From: Octopus sinensis
Lineage: Eukaryota
Length of the DNA: 64,000 nt
Assembly: GCF_006345805.1 (NCBI RefSeq)
Contig: NC_042998.1
Coordinates: forward strand, 206,894,001-206,958,000
Direction of reading: 5' to 3'
Under the pieces are notes generated by a model. The model searched no databases. It was given only the letters and a program-made list of their open reading frames with translations, and was not told the DNA's origin. Within the stretch, counting starts at the first letter, position 1, and every line of letters starts with the position of its first letter. Shown here piece by piece: positions 11,626-25,168 of the stretch. Both the position numbers and the translations under genes were made by a program.

Positions 11626-13289
11626 TTATTATTATTACTATTACCTTATAGGACATTTTTATGCTTTGGTGAGGCAAGAGGCTATATATGTCTTACATCT
11701 TTTAGTTGTTTCAGTCTTTGGACTGTGGCCATGCTGGGGCACTGCCTTGATGGGTTTTAATCAACCAATTCGACCCCAGTACCTAAGTGGTTTCGTTTAT
11801 ATCAAGTCTGGTCAGTCTTTATTCTGTTGGTCTCTTTTGCTGAACCCCTAAGTTACTAGGACATAAACAAACCAACACTGGTTACCATGCAGTGGTGGAT
11901 GGGGGGGGGCAGGGGTTTTGCAAACACAGATAAAAATATACACACTGACAGACATACATATATATGTGTGTGCATGTGTGTGTGTGCGTGTGTGTGTGTG
12001 TGTGTGTGTGCGTGTGTGTGTGTGTGTGTGACAGGCTTCCACACGGTTTCCATCCACCAAATTCACTAACAAGGCATTAGTCAGCCTGATGATACTTTCC
12101 CAAGGTGTCGTACTGTAGGACTGAACCCAAAGCCACCTGGTTGCAAATAGAGCTGCCTAACCACGCAGCCATGCCTGCATCTTTTTTGTTGAAGAAATCA
12201 AACAATGAAAGAATCTATTTATCTGTCTTTGAAGATTACCAAAGATTTTGATTTTTTTAAAAAAATTAGGTATTTTTTCTATGTTTTTTTTTTTCGTTTT
12301 GGTGTTTAAATAGAATTAATCTTCCACTTATATAAACATTTATAATATCTCTAAAAAAAAAACAAAAAAAAAAAAAATTCCACCAAACTCATTTCTGATA
12401 ATAAAAACCAAACAACATCAAACTAAGCGGATGTCAAAGAGACAGACTTCTTCTTCGTCTTTTTCTTTTTCCTTTTTTCTTTCTTTTTCTTCTTCCCATC
12501 ATACAGATTTTCTGTAGAAACAGAAGCAGTAAATTTGGTCGTGTCTTTCTCAAAGACTATAGCAACATAAGAAGTGTGAAATGGGTTCAAATGAAGGTTG
12601 AGCCCTCACTGCTGGGGTCCTTTGTCATCATCATCATCATCATCATCATCCTTTTAACATCCCTCTTCTATGCTGCATGGAACAGATAGAATCGGTTGAA
12701 ATAGATCGTCTACACTCAGGGGCCTTTCCTGTTACCAACCACAGGCTAACTGGCGTTCGTGCCGGTGGCACGTAAAAAGCACCATTTGAGTGTGATCGTT
12801 ACTAGTGTCACCTTACTGGCACTTGTGCCGGTATGCAAGTGACACATAAAAATAAACACAATATTTTTGTGGTCATTGCCAGTACTGCCTGACTGGCCCC
12901 CATGCTGGTGGCACGTAAAAACGCCCACTACACTCTCGGAGTGGTTGGTGTTAGGAAGGGCATCCAGCTGAAGAAACTCTGCCAGATCAAGATTGGAGCC
13001 TGGTGCAGCCATCTGGTTCACCAGCCCTCAGTCAAATCGTCCAACCCATGCTAGCATGGAAAGCGGATGTTAAACAATGATGATGATGATGATGATATAG
13101 TAATATTATATATACAGGTGCAGGTGTGGTTGTGTGGTAAGAAGCTTGCTTACCAACCACGCGGTTCTGGGTTCAGTCCCAACACATGGCACCTTTGGCA
13201 AGTGTCTTCTACTATAGCCTCAGGCCAACCAAAGAAACTGAAAGAAGCCTGTCACATATACATCATCATCAGCAGCAGCAGCATCGTTT

Positions 13290-13950
13290 AACGTCCATTT
13301 TCCATGCTGGTATGGGTCGGACGGTTTGACTTAGGTCTAGAGAGCCAGGAGGCTGCACCAAGCTCCAATCTGATCTGGCAGTTTCTACAGCTGGATACTT
13401 TTTCTAATGCCAACCACTCTGAGAGTGTAGTGGGTGCTTTTTATGTGTCTCTGTCTTTCATCATTGCCTCTGTGTGGCCTGACATCCGAAGGTCATGCTT
13501 CACCACCTCATCCCATGTCTTCCTGGGTCTGCCTCTACTCCGGATTCCTTCCAGTGTTTGGGAGTGGCACTTCTTCACACTTCTCTCCTCATCCATCTTT
13601 AGTTCATGACCATACCAACACAAACATCTCTCCTGCATGCCACATCCAATGCTTCTTATGTCCAACATTTCTCTAAGGGCGCTTACACTCTGTCGTGCAT
13701 GGACACTGACATTACACATCCAGCAGATCATGCTTCATTTCTTTTGAACCTACGCATGTCTTCAGCAGTCATGGCCCATGTTTCACTGCCATGAAGCATG
13801 GCAGTTTGCACACATGTGTCATACAATCTACCTTTCACTCTGAGCGAGAGACCTTTGTCACCAGTAGGGGTAGAAGCTTTCTAAACTTTGCCCAGGCTAT
13901 TCTTATTCTAGTGGTGACACTCTCTGAGCATCCACCACCACTACTTAAAT
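13290..13950 (-). mobile_element. RTE LINE fragment (post-RT domain plus 3' end)
   Basis: MICWMCNVSVHARQSVSALREMLDIRSIGCGMQERCLCWYGH...GRGRPRKTWDEVVKHDLR. Confidence 0.85.
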
Positions 13951-14048
13951 GATAAACTTCTGGAAAGTTTTATGGATGTTTACAGTTCCAGTGATAGATT
14001 GGATTTGTACTCTTCAAATCAGCTTCCTCCTTTCTGGTTTTGTGAAGC

Positions 14049-14390
14049 CTAATTTCTCAAGATTGGTGCCCCATTAATTACAGGCATAAACCTGAACTTA
14101 TAATCTGGGTAGAGTAACTGCAGATTTCTCCTGATTACCTGTTGATCTGCTGTTGTTTTCATTCTGTTCCTCGGTTGTGTTGTTGTTGATGTTGTGTCCA
14201 GCCATGTTGTTCGTAGTAACTCTCTGCATTCTAAATTCAAGTTTCAGTCTAAAATCTCAACGATCTTAAATAAAAGGGTCCCTCAGTTAATTCGTCTGAA
14301 GATTAACCAGTTATTTACCCGGGGCCAACAGTTGTGGCTCCAAAGTTGGAGATGGTATTCATCGTATATTCGATAAATAGTCTCCCATAT
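14049..14390 (-). mobile_element. Non-LTR element with restriction-like endonuclease (R4/NeSL-type) C-terminal remnant
   Basis: ...RNLQLLYPDYKFRFMPVINGA resembles the RLE C-terminal ...L..LY..YK....P.I.GA.G motif; degenerate. Confidence 0.45.
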
Positions 14391-14614
14391 CAAATATGTG
14401 ACTTGTAGCTCTGAGTGTGTATGTACACATCATCATTGTTGAACATCCGTTTTCCATGTTGGCATTGGTGGGACAGTTTCACATAGAGCTGGCCAGCCAG
14501 GAAAAAATCCAGGCTCCATTGTCTGTTGTGACGTGGTTTCTGGGGTGGGAGGTCCCTTGCTAACACCAACCACTTTACTGAGTGTGATGCATGCTTTTTA
14601 CATACCACCGTATA

Positions 14615-14830
14615 TATATATATGTGACCTCATGAGTACCGTTGGCGATTTTTTTCCTCTGTCTTCCCTTCTCGGGATCTTTCCTTCTCCTATGTTTCCG
14701 ACGAAGAGCTCCGCTTGAAACGTTAAACCCTCCTTCTTCCCTTCTTTCCTGAGCGTCCAATAATACTTTATTTGTTCCACGTCCTCACGTTGTTGTGTTT
14801 TTTTGTGTTTTCTTGTTTGGATTAACTTTA
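14615..14830 (+). mobile_element. Family C hammerhead-bearing element in (TA)n
   Basis: Colinear with the reverse complement of 388-600. Confidence 0.75.
14694..14728 (+). ncRNA. Hammerhead-like motif, family C, U4C core variant
   Basis: GTTT-CCGACGA-A-GAGC(TCC)GCTT-GAAA-CG-TT-AAAC. Confidence 0.55.
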
Positions 14831-15071
14831 TATATTATATATATTTCTTCATTGCCCACAGGAGGCTAAACATAGAGAGGACAGACAAAGGGATTAAGTC
14901 GATTAGCTTGACTCCAGTCTATAACTGGTAGTTATTTATTCGACCTCGAAAGGATGAAAGTCAAAGTTGACCTCGGTGGAATTTGAACTCAGAACATAAA
15001 GACTGACAAAATACCACTAAGCATTTCGCCTGGTGTGCTAATGATTCTGCCAGCTCACCGCCCTTAATATA

Positions 15072-16347
15072 TCAGGTCATCTCATAAGTTCTGTCTGAAT
15101 TTTGAATAAAGAAAACAAGTGATCAAATGTTATATTTAATTGAAATTTAATCAGCAATGTACTTTCCCTGATTATCTATGACTTTCTTCCATCAATTTAC
15201 AAGCTTTTTAATCCCATCATTGTAAAACTCTTTTGGTTTCAAAGCGAAGAACTCTGAAATGTCAGTTTCGACCTCCTCCTGGCTTGCGAAAGTTATGTCC
15301 CCCAAATGATTCTGTAAACTATGAAACAAATGGTAGTGTGAAGGAGCAAGGTCAGGAGAATAAGGTGGATGAGGAATTTTTTCCCAACCAAGCTATTCGA
15401 TCTTCTGTGATGTGATCTTCGCAGTGTGGGGTCGCGCATTGTCCTGATGAAACATCACTCCTTTTCGACTCACTAAAGCGGGTCTTTTTTCCTTCAAAGC
15501 TTGGTTCAAACGCTCTAATTGCTGACAGTAGATTTGAACATTGATTGTTGCATTAGGTGGTAACAATTCAAAGTGAATTACTCCTCTGCAATCCCACCAG
15601 ATAGAGAGAAGAACCTTTTTTCCGTGAAGTTCCCTTCTCGGTTGTAGTTGAGCTTTTTCCCTTTTACCAAGCCACTGATTATGACGTTTAACATTTTGAT
15701 AGATGACCCATTTCTCATCACCAGTCACAAGTCTGGTGAAATGAGTTTGCGAGAATGGAGAGAAGAGCAGATGTCAACTCGGGATTTGCAGTTGCTTTCG
15801 GACAATTCATGAGGCACACATTTTCCAAGTTTAGGAACTGTCGAAGTTGTTGAAGATGATGATGAACAGTTGTATGCTTTGAACTAAGCTTTATTGCCAA
15901 TTCTTCAACTGATAATGCAGGATTTTCTTCAATAATGCCTCAAGGAGCTTATCATCAAACTCAATTGGACATCCTGTTTGATCTTCATCTTCAAATCTGA
16001 AATCTCCACTTCTGAATTTTGCAAACCATCTTCTGCAAGTTCTTTCATTCAAGCATTTTTTCCATAAACTGAGTGTATGTTTTGAGTCGCTTCGGCTGCA
16101 GAGTTTCCTTTTTTTCTACTCATAAAGCATTATGTGCCTTAAATGCTCTTTGGATACTTCCATGTTAGAAAGGGCTTTAATCAAAGAAATTTTAATTCTA
16201 TTATTCTGTAAAATAATAATTAATTAGCTTAAATGTACACAAATGCATAAAAATAATTTTTAATTCCATTAGATATTCTAAAATACTTTTAAATTTGATT
16301 CAATTTTAAAAAAGGTAAAATCGGACAAAACTTATGGGATGACCTGA
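15072..16347 (-). mobile_element. Full-length degenerate mariner (DD34D) transposon
   Basis: TIRs TCAGGTCATCTCATAAGTT / AACTTATGGGATGACCTGA with TA flanks, 1276 bp. Transposase fragments TGDEKW...KKVLLSIWWD...HQDNARPH, frameshifted. Confidence 0.92.
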
Positions 16348-16849
16348 TATATATAAGCATATGTATGTATATTTGTGTGTCTGTGTTTGTCCCCCCACCA
16401 TCTCTTGACAACCAATGCTGGTGTGTTTACATCCCCGTAACTTAGCGGTTCAGCAAAAGCGACTAATAGAATAATTACGAGGCTTACAAAGAATAAGTCC
16501 TGGAGTCGATTTGTTTGACTGAAGACGGTGCTCCAGCATGGCTGCAGTCAAATGACTGAAACAAATAAAGGAATAAAAGAGAATACATACATATATGTAT
16601 GTATATATATATATACATACATACATATCCCTCTCTCTCTTTCGGAGAGGCACAAGCACCTACACACACATATACACACACAGCAGTAACTTCCGCCTGC
16701 CGAATTCAATCACAAGGCTTTGGTCAGCCTGAGGCTATAGTAGAAGACACCTGCCCAAAGTGCCACGCAGTGGGACTGAACCCGAAACCATGTAGCTAGG
16801 AAGCAAGCTCCCTAACCACACAGCCATGCTCGCGCCTAATATATATATA

Positions 16850-17620
16850 TGTTTGCTTTCCATGCTAGCATGGGTTGGACGGTTCAACTGGGGTCTGGGA
16901 AGCCAGAAGGCTGCACCAGGCCCAGTCTGATCTGGCAGTGTTTCTACAGCTGGATGCCCTTCCTATCACCAACCACTCTGTGAGTGTAGTGGGTGCTTTT
17001 TACATGCCACAGGCACAGGTGCCAGGCAAGGCTGGCAATGACCACGATCAGTTGGAGCTTTTTACGTGCCATCGGCACGGAGGCCAGTCGGAGTGGCGCT
17101 GGCAACGGCCACGTTCGGATGGTTCTTTTACGTGCCACTGGCACTGGTATCACAACTACAATTTCCATTGATTTTTGAGCAATTTCGATTTTGATTTCAC
17201 TTGCCTCAACAGGTCTTCACAAGCAGAGTTTTGTGTCCCAAGAAGGAAAGGTATGCATAAGTGGGCTGGTTACACTTCTGGCATAGGCCACGGGTTATGG
17301 TCTCACTTGTCCTGCCGGGTCTTCTCACGCACAGCATACTTCCAAAGGTCTCGGTCTCTGGTCATTTCTTCGGTGAGACCTAAAGTTCGAAGGTCGTTCT
17401 TCACCACCTCGTCCCAGGTTTTCCTGGGTCTACCTCTTCCACAGGTTCCCTCAACTGCTAGAGTGTGGCATTTTTTCACACAGATATCCTCATCTATTCT
17501 TGCCACATGACCATACCAGTGCAATCGTCTCTCTTGCACACCACAACTGATGCTTCTTAGGTCCAACTTTTCTCTCAAGGTACTTACACTCTGTCGAGTA
17601 TGAACACTGACATTACACAT
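16850..17620 (-). mobile_element. RTE LINE 3' portion
   Basis: MCNVSVHTRQSVSTLREKLDLRSISCGVQERRLHWYGHV...GRPRKTWDEVV followed by the 3' UTR. Confidence 0.85.
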
Positions 17621-18058
17621 CCATATATATATATATATATATCTATATATATATATACAACTTATAAGTAAGGGCTAAAGAAAATTATTTCAATGCCAAT
17701 ATGCTGATAACAGACTATTATATTGTCAATTTCCTCATATTATTTATTCGCTACAGAAAAAAACACAAAGAACTGAAATTAACTCACAAGGCTTTGGTCA
17801 GCCCGAGGCTATAGTAGAAGACACTTGCCCAAGGTGCCATGCAGTGGGACTGAACCTGGAACCATGTGGTTGTTAAGCAACCTACTTACCACACAGCCAC
17901 TCCTGCACCTCCCATCTACATATAAGCATTATATTTATCACTTTATATTGAAGTGCAATATATTCATGGAATCGAAGACATGTCGCTGCTCTGAATAAGC
18001 ATCAAAAACATTTGGTGCTGCTTCGAGAGAAAAAAATACACAAAACAAAAAGAAAAAC

Positions 18059-18059
<1 letters not shown>

Positions 18060-18099
<40 letters not shown>

Positions 18100-18107
18100 C
18101 ACACACA

Positions 18108-18140
<33 letters not shown>

Positions 18141-18166
18141 CAACACACACACACACACACACACAC

Positions 18167-18226
<60 letters not shown>

Positions 18227-18275
18227 AAACACACACACACACACACACACACCCACACACACACACACACACACT
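18060..18275. repeat. Interrupted (CA)n microsatellite
   Basis: Directly visible. Confidence 0.95.
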
Positions 18276-19621
18276 TCAGCAATATGTTGAGTGTCTGAAA
18301 AATTTCACATTTTATTGACTTGGCGTTTATTGATTGATTCTTGAAAAAAATTTGGATCAGTCTTAGAAGTCTGTGCGTCAAGATTTCCTTCCAGAGACAA
18401 GTGTACCAATATCTGTAGCCAGGATGTTCTATTTCTTATTCTATGTTATTCTCTCTCTCTCTCTCTCTCTGTCACCACCCACCCACCCACCACTTTCATT
18501 TCAGATGCTTTTCCTCTTCTCTCTCTCTCTCACAACACACGAGTGCATGTGTGCATGTGTGCATGTGTGCATGTGTGCTTGTGTGTAGATATCCATCCAT
18601 ACACACACACAAACATACATATAAGCACTTTTTCCTTTCTCTCATTTTCCATCATCATCATCATCATCATCGTCATTTAACGTCTGCTTTCCATGCTGGC
18701 ATGGGTTGGCCAGTTTGACTGAGGATTGGCAAACCAGGAGGCTGCACCAGGATCCAGTCTGATCTGGCAAGGTTTCTACAGCTGGATGCCCTTCCTAATG
18801 CCAACCACCCTGAGAATGTAGTGGGTGCTTTTACGTGCCACTGGCACGAGGGCCAGCCAGGCGGCACTGGCACGAGGGCCAGCCAGGCGGCACTGGCAAC
18901 GACCTCACTCAAAGGTGTTTTTTACATGCCACCTGCACGGGAGCCCGTCCAGCAACACTGGCAACATATACATATATGCATATTTTGTATTTTATACCCA
19001 AACTATTATATTTAATATATCTTATTCGTTTATCCACATAATTGCCTCTGTGTCTGTGCGAGTGTGTGTGTGATGATTTAACATCATTTTCCAGGCTGGA
19101 ATAGGTAGGACAGCTTGACAGAAGCTGCCCCAGGCTCCCACTGTCTGTTTTAGCATGGGTTCTACAGCTGGATGCTCTTCCTAATGCCAACCACTTCACA
19201 GAGTGTACTGGGTGCTGTTTCCATGACACCTACACAAGTGCTTTTTATGTAGCACCATTAACAGTCCTTTTCATGTGACCCCATCAACAGTCCCTCTAAC
19301 CCTTAAATCTCTCAACAGGTACACAGTCACCACCCCCTCTGTACTACTCACCACTTCCCAGCTCCGGGGTTTTTTTGTTTTGCAAGTTACTTGTTGACCC
19401 TGTTGGTGCTATGTAAAAAGCACCCAATACATTCTGTAAAGTGGTTGGCATTAGGAAGGGCGCCCAACCGGAGAAACCATGTCAAAAACAACAGGGCCTG
19501 GTACTGTTCCGGGCCTTACCGGCTCCTGTCAAACCATCCAACCCATGCCAGCATGCAAAACAGATCTTTGATGATGTTGATGACAATGATGTTGATGATT
19601 ATGATGATGATGATCATGATG

Positions 19622-19856
19622 AAGGCAGCGAGCTGGCAGAAACGTTAGCATGCCGGGCGAAATGCTTAGCGGTACTTTGTCTTCCTCTACGTTCTGAGTT
19701 CAAATTCCGCTGAGGTCGACTTTGCATTTCATCCTTTCAGGGTCAATTAAATAAGTACCAGTTACGCAACTGGGATCGATGTAATCGACTTAATCCCTTT
19801 GTCTGTCCTTGTTTGTCCCCTCTCTGTTTATCCCCTTGTGGGTAGTAAAGAAACAG
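19622..19856 (+). mobile_element. tRNA-derived SINE 'family S2', full monomer, with Deu/Nin-like central domain
   Basis: Head aggcagcgagctggcagaaacgttagc, B-box gagttcaaattcc, core gtcgactttgcatttcatcctttcagggtcaattaaataagtaccag. Another monomer at ~14845-15063(-). The domain name is from memory, not from a search. Confidence 0.75.
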
Positions 19857-20167
19857 ATTATGACGATGGTTATGATGATGATTATGATGATGCTGATGAT
19901 TGTTCTATCTTTCCTGATATTAAAAACAATAATTACACACACACCCACACATGTGTGTGTGTGTGTGCGTGTGCGTGCCTGTGTGTGTGTAGAATATGTA
20001 TGTCGTAAGAGTACATTAATGAATGCATGTACATACACGTCAGCACACACACAGATGTCTACACTGTATTGCACTGTAACAAATGACAGCTTACACACAG
20101 ACACACAATCACCAACACAGATAAACATATACTTCAATACATACACGTAAATACACAAACATAATAC

Positions 20168-20200
<33 letters not shown>

Positions 20201-20214
20201 CATACATACATACA

Positions 20215-20440
20215 TACATGATGGCTGCCCCCTCGTTATCGAGTATGGCCATTGCACGAAGCTTAACTGTTACTGGTGCTGGGATCGAATGTGACTTTTT
20301 AGCCCAGCTAAAGATCTACAATGTCTTGTACAGAATTGGGAGCTAAAACCTTTACAGGTAATAGCCGGCTGTAGTTGTAACTGGGCTTCATGTACCTTTG
20401 CATGTCGTTTAAGTCCTCCTGCTGGATTACACTCTCTTCT
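20215..20440 (-). mobile_element. RTE/RTE-X-like LINE 3' end with zinc finger
   Basis: ...GGLKRHAKVH...FCTRHCRSLAGLKSHIRSQHQ* followed by a short tail. Confidence 0.6.
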
Positions 20441-20545
20441 ACATACATACATACATACATACATACATACATACATACATACATACATACATACATACAT
20501 ACATACATACATACATACATACATACATACATACATACATACATA

Positions 20546-21397
20546 CAGGGTGCGATGGGTAAATTGTTATCATTTTATAATCTTAATTTCATGCATATGC
20601 ATCGTTTGTTTTTGATTTTGTCAACTACACAGTATGGTAGGGTCAGTTGGGCACCGTTTATGAGAAAAACAGCATCATGACGCAGGTCACTCTACCAGAA
20701 GTTTGGAAATGACATGCTGTGCTGCATGCCATTTTGGTATCAATCTGAGGACAGTGCAATCTGAGGACACATACCAAGAGTGATACAAATCAAACATCTA
20801 GTGAACATCATGGTGTTTGGAGTGATCACTGATGATGGTGACGTTATGGATCCATTCATCTTCCCACACAACCTTAGACTCAACAGAAGGGCCTACATCA
20901 AGTGCCTGGAGGAAGTGGTACTGCCCTGGGTGGAGAGGCTGGTTGTTGGAAGACCTTACATCTGGCAACAGGACTCTGCACCAATGCCGTGCAAGCAGGA
21001 GAACCCAGTCATGGCTGTCAGACAATTTCTGTGACCACATCACCCCAAACATCTGGTCGCCTAACTCCCCAGACTGCAACCCGCTTGATTATTATGTGTG
21101 GGGCACGGTTGAGTGAGAGATCAACAAAACTCCTGTAACACCAAAGATGAACTGAAGGCAAGGATTATGGTAGCATTCACAAACTTAAACAAGGAGAATG
21201 TCCAGAAGAGTTGCAGTAAATTCCGAAGTCATCTGGAGGCCGTGGTTGAAGCCAATGGCGATTTTATTGAATAAATATACTCTTTAGTATTTCAAGATAT
21301 TTTTATGTAATTTTGGTAAATATATCTGTTAAAATGAAATGCCAGTGTTATTTTTCTTTTTGTGTAATTCTGACGACAGTTTATTCACTGCACCCTG
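20546..21397 (+). mobile_element. Internally deleted maT (DD37D) Tc1/mariner element
   Basis: TIRs CAGGGTGC.../...GCACCCTG. Across a frameshift, QQD-SAPCHTSRRTQSWLSDNFCDHITPNIWSPNSPDCNPL-DY gives 37 residues between the 2nd and 3rd Asp. Confidence 0.85.
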
Positions 21398-22353
21398 AAT
21401 ATATACTTATATATATATATATCATCATCATCATATATATAAATATATCATCATGTATGTATTTATATATATATATATATATCGTAAGAAACACTGGAAT
21501 TACCGAGGCAAGAAAATATTTGCCTGTAAAGTGATTATGCTTAAAGAAAAGCCATCTGGAAGTGGGTGAAGAAATATGTTTGGTAAAGTTATTATTTCGT
21601 TGAAGAGAAAATTCTTCAGGGAACAGCAGAAAGTTTTGTGTTGTAGATAAGAAAGGAGACGACATTTGGATGGAAAGAATGGTAGGAGTCAAATGTATAT
21701 ACATATATATATGCATATGTATATATAAACATATACACACACATGCACACACACATACTTTATATATATTTACACTCACATGCCATCTCAAATTTACACG
21801 CACACACTTACATGCACATATGCATACGCACGCATACATGCATTTAGATATGTAAAGATACAGACATATATCTTCATTATCATCATCATCATCGTCAATA
21901 TTTAACATCTACTTATACATATATATGTGTGTGTATGTTTATATATATATGTGTGTGTGTGTATATGTGTGTATATATGTACCTTGTAATTTTATTTTGT
22001 TATATTTATCTATCTATCTATATATATATATTCATACACACACATATACATATGTGTATACTTGTGTTTATATATATATTAAATAGACATATTTATAAAA
22101 TACATCTGTGTCCCCATGCAATCATTCAGGCTCTGTTAATACATTTTGTATATTTTGAAAACAAAGACATTGGATAATGATAAAATAAAGAAAAACTTGA
22201 AAAAAACACAAAGAATTTTGATGCAAGAAATAGAACAAGAAGAAAGAAACAAAATGAAGAAATCCCGTCCTCCCTCATCGCAGAAACCACATCAAATGCA
22301 GCTGGTATAGAACAGGATAATAGAAAACATGTCAAAATCTGTGAGACAGCAAC

Positions 22354-22540
22354 TCAATTAGGAGCAGGTGCTGTTCTCCAGTTTACCAAAAGAAGCTTGT
22401 CTATGTGTTTACACCTGCTAGAAATTTCAGATCTGGAATTAAGCAGTGTGGTGGAATTGTTGGATCTAAGAAGAATATGAGATCTTTCTGCCACACATAA
22501 ATTGCATTTCTTGGATGGTGGCAAACTGGTAAAACCATTA
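22354..22540 (-). mobile_element. Penelope-like element C-terminal remnant
   Basis: SKKCNLCVAERSHIL...LLNSRSEISSRCKHIDKLLLVNW matches the PLE CxLC...LN.RSE.....C.H..K.LL motif. Confidence 0.7.
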
Positions 22541-23001
22541 TCATGCCCAGGCAAAATGGTAAGTGGCATTTTGTCTGTCTTTTAATGTTCTAAGTTCAAA
22601 TCCCGTTGAGGTCAACTTTGCCTTTCATCCTTTTGGATAGAAATAAGTACTACTTAGGCAGTGTGGGGTGGGGGAATGTAATCGACTTACGCCCTTCTCC
22701 AAAATTGGTGGCCTTGGGCCAAAATTTGAAAGTCTAGTTATAATTAGAAACCAATTGGTTGTAGGTAGATTTAAGTCACAAGACATTGTTTCCTTTTATC
22801 CTCTTATTTGTTTTGGTCATTTGACTGCGACCATGCTGGAGCACCACCTTTAGTCAAATAAATCGACCCCAAGACTTATTCTTTGTAAGCCTGGTACTTA
22901 TTCCATTGGTTTCTTTTGCTGAACTGCTAAGTTATGAGGACATAAACACATTGGTTGTCAAACAATAGTGGGGGGACAAATACAGACACACAAATACAAA
23001 C

Positions 23002-23102
<101 letters not shown>

Positions 23103-23446
23103 CATATGACAGGCTTCTTTCAGTTTCCATCTACCTAATCCACTTACAAGGCTTTGTTCAGCCTGAAGCTATAGTAAACGACACTTGGCCAAGGTGCCAC
23201 GAAGGACTGAACCCAGAACCACGTGGTTGGGAAGCAAGCTTCTTACCACACAACCACTCCTGCACCTATATATGGTTGCTTTGTATCAAATTATACTGTT
23301 TGACTGTTTTTACAATGGTTTTATCTTGGCAACAGATGGATTGATGGTATTTTGGCTCTAAATGGTTTATTACTTCAGTATAATAGGTATTTTTGTATAG
23401 ATGGACACATGAGGCTCCACTTATTTCAACATGTTATACAATGATA

Positions 23447-23477
<31 letters not shown>

Positions 23478-23730
23478 ATATATATATATATATAACACAC
23501 ATGTATATTATGAATGTATATTATATAGTATATTATATACACACATGTATATTATGAATGTATATTATATAGTATATTATATAGTCTTTGACTATCTTTT
23601 CTTTCTCACTAGACCGCTGGTAGTGGAGAATTTTTTCTAGAATTTTTTTGCTACCCTTATATTTATATATATATATATATATATCCATCTACTATTCCTG
23701 GCAGGTTCTTGGGGCAGAATTCCTGAGGTA

Positions 23731-24268
23731 TGAGGGTGAGTCCAAAAGTGATGCCATTTTGTTCAGGACAGATATAATTACTGACACAGGAACAGGTATC
23801 ATACATCAAAAGGAAGCTTATTTTGAGTTTATTGTTTTACCTGTATCATTCGACCAGAATGACACCTTGAGCATCCCAAAAGATTTTTCTGGCTGACTTT
23901 TGCGTCTTGAACTTTTTCGGTGGTGCTGACGTAGAGTGGCACCATTCCATTGACTGCCTCTTTGATTCTGGTTCATAATGATCAACCCATGTTCCATCAC
24001 CTGTTACGAGCCTTCGAAAGGAGGTGTTGTCTCTTTGACTTTCTAGTACAGAAGTGGCTTAAAGAACAGTCAACAGAATTCTACGGGGCAGGGATGTATG
24101 CTCTCATTCAAAGGTGGAACATTGCTTTTGAGAGAAACGGTGACTATGTTGCGAAGTAGGGATGTGATCCACAGAGGACCAGCTTCATTTTGACGTATGA
24201 TACATGTTCCTGTGTTGGTAATTATGCCTGTCCTAAACAAAATGGCATTACTTCTTGACTCACCTTTG
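23731..24268. mobile_element. Non-autonomous mariner derivative with ~88-bp inverted arms and internally inverted transposase pieces
   Basis: TA-flanked; arms 23731-23818 and 24181-24268. Minus strand TGDGTWVDHYEPESKRQSMEW; plus strand C-terminus FYGAGMYALIQRWNIAFERNGDYVAK*. Confidence 0.8.
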
Positions 24269-25081
24269 TACATCCTGCATAGGGTCCTATCAAAAGCAAC
24301 CATCATTACACTTTCTGGCTGGATTTACAAGTGTGACCTATGGAAATTATGGATGTTATCCAACAATCTCGTTCATGGTCTACTCCAAGGTCTCTTGTTG
24401 GTTGGCTTAGCTTGAAGAATCTGTCTTGAGATTCTTTCCCGTGACATTCTAACCACGAGTCCATTGAACTGAACCTGTGACCTCTCAATGTAGAAAAGTA
24501 TAATACACACACAAACACACACACACATGCACACACAACCCTGCCACATTCCATTCCTCACACTTATGCATGAAATAGAAGTGAAACAGAACTGGTGTGT
24601 GTGTGTGTATGTGTGTGTGTGTGTGTGTGTGTGTTATTAGCTTAATGACCCTCCCAAGACAAAACAAAATGGTAATATAATAATTCTCTGAATTCTAATC
24701 AGTTCTAATCTCACATCTGTCTACCAAAGTTAGTGCCGTGTCTTGTCAACAGAAATCAATGTTTCTTGTTTGTGTAGGAATAAATTTAAACTGATGCAGA
24801 AACTTCTCCCTATATTTAGATAACGTGTGGCGGCAGCTTCTTCCCCTAAATTTTATTTTAATAATCGATAACACAATGGTGCAGCTAATATCTTTGAGAC
24901 TTCAAAAGACTTTGAAGACTTTGGGATTTTTTTGGTTTTTGTAAATTTGTTTGTTTGAATAAACAAAAAAGAAAATGGTTTTAGTTGTGTCGGGTAATAT
25001 CAGAGGAATTATATTAAACAGAGAAACTTGGGAAGAAATTTAGGTATTGGTCTTTGATGTTGTTCGAAGAAAATAGGTGGG

Positions 25082-25168
25082 GATGGGGTGGGAGATGGGG
25101 TGGGAGATGGGGTGGGAGATGGGGTGGGAGATGGGGTGGGAGATGGGGTGGGAGATGGGGTGGAAGAT
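25082..25168 (+). repeat. (GATGGGGTGGGA)n 12-mer minisatellite, ~7 copies
   Basis: Directly visible; G3/G4 runs. Confidence 0.9.

Noticed and set aside
22150-22310. Lys/Glu-rich plus-strand frame DNDKIKKNLKKTQRILMQEIEQEERNK...
   Set aside because: A-rich sequence next to a Penelope remnant, with weak splice sites.
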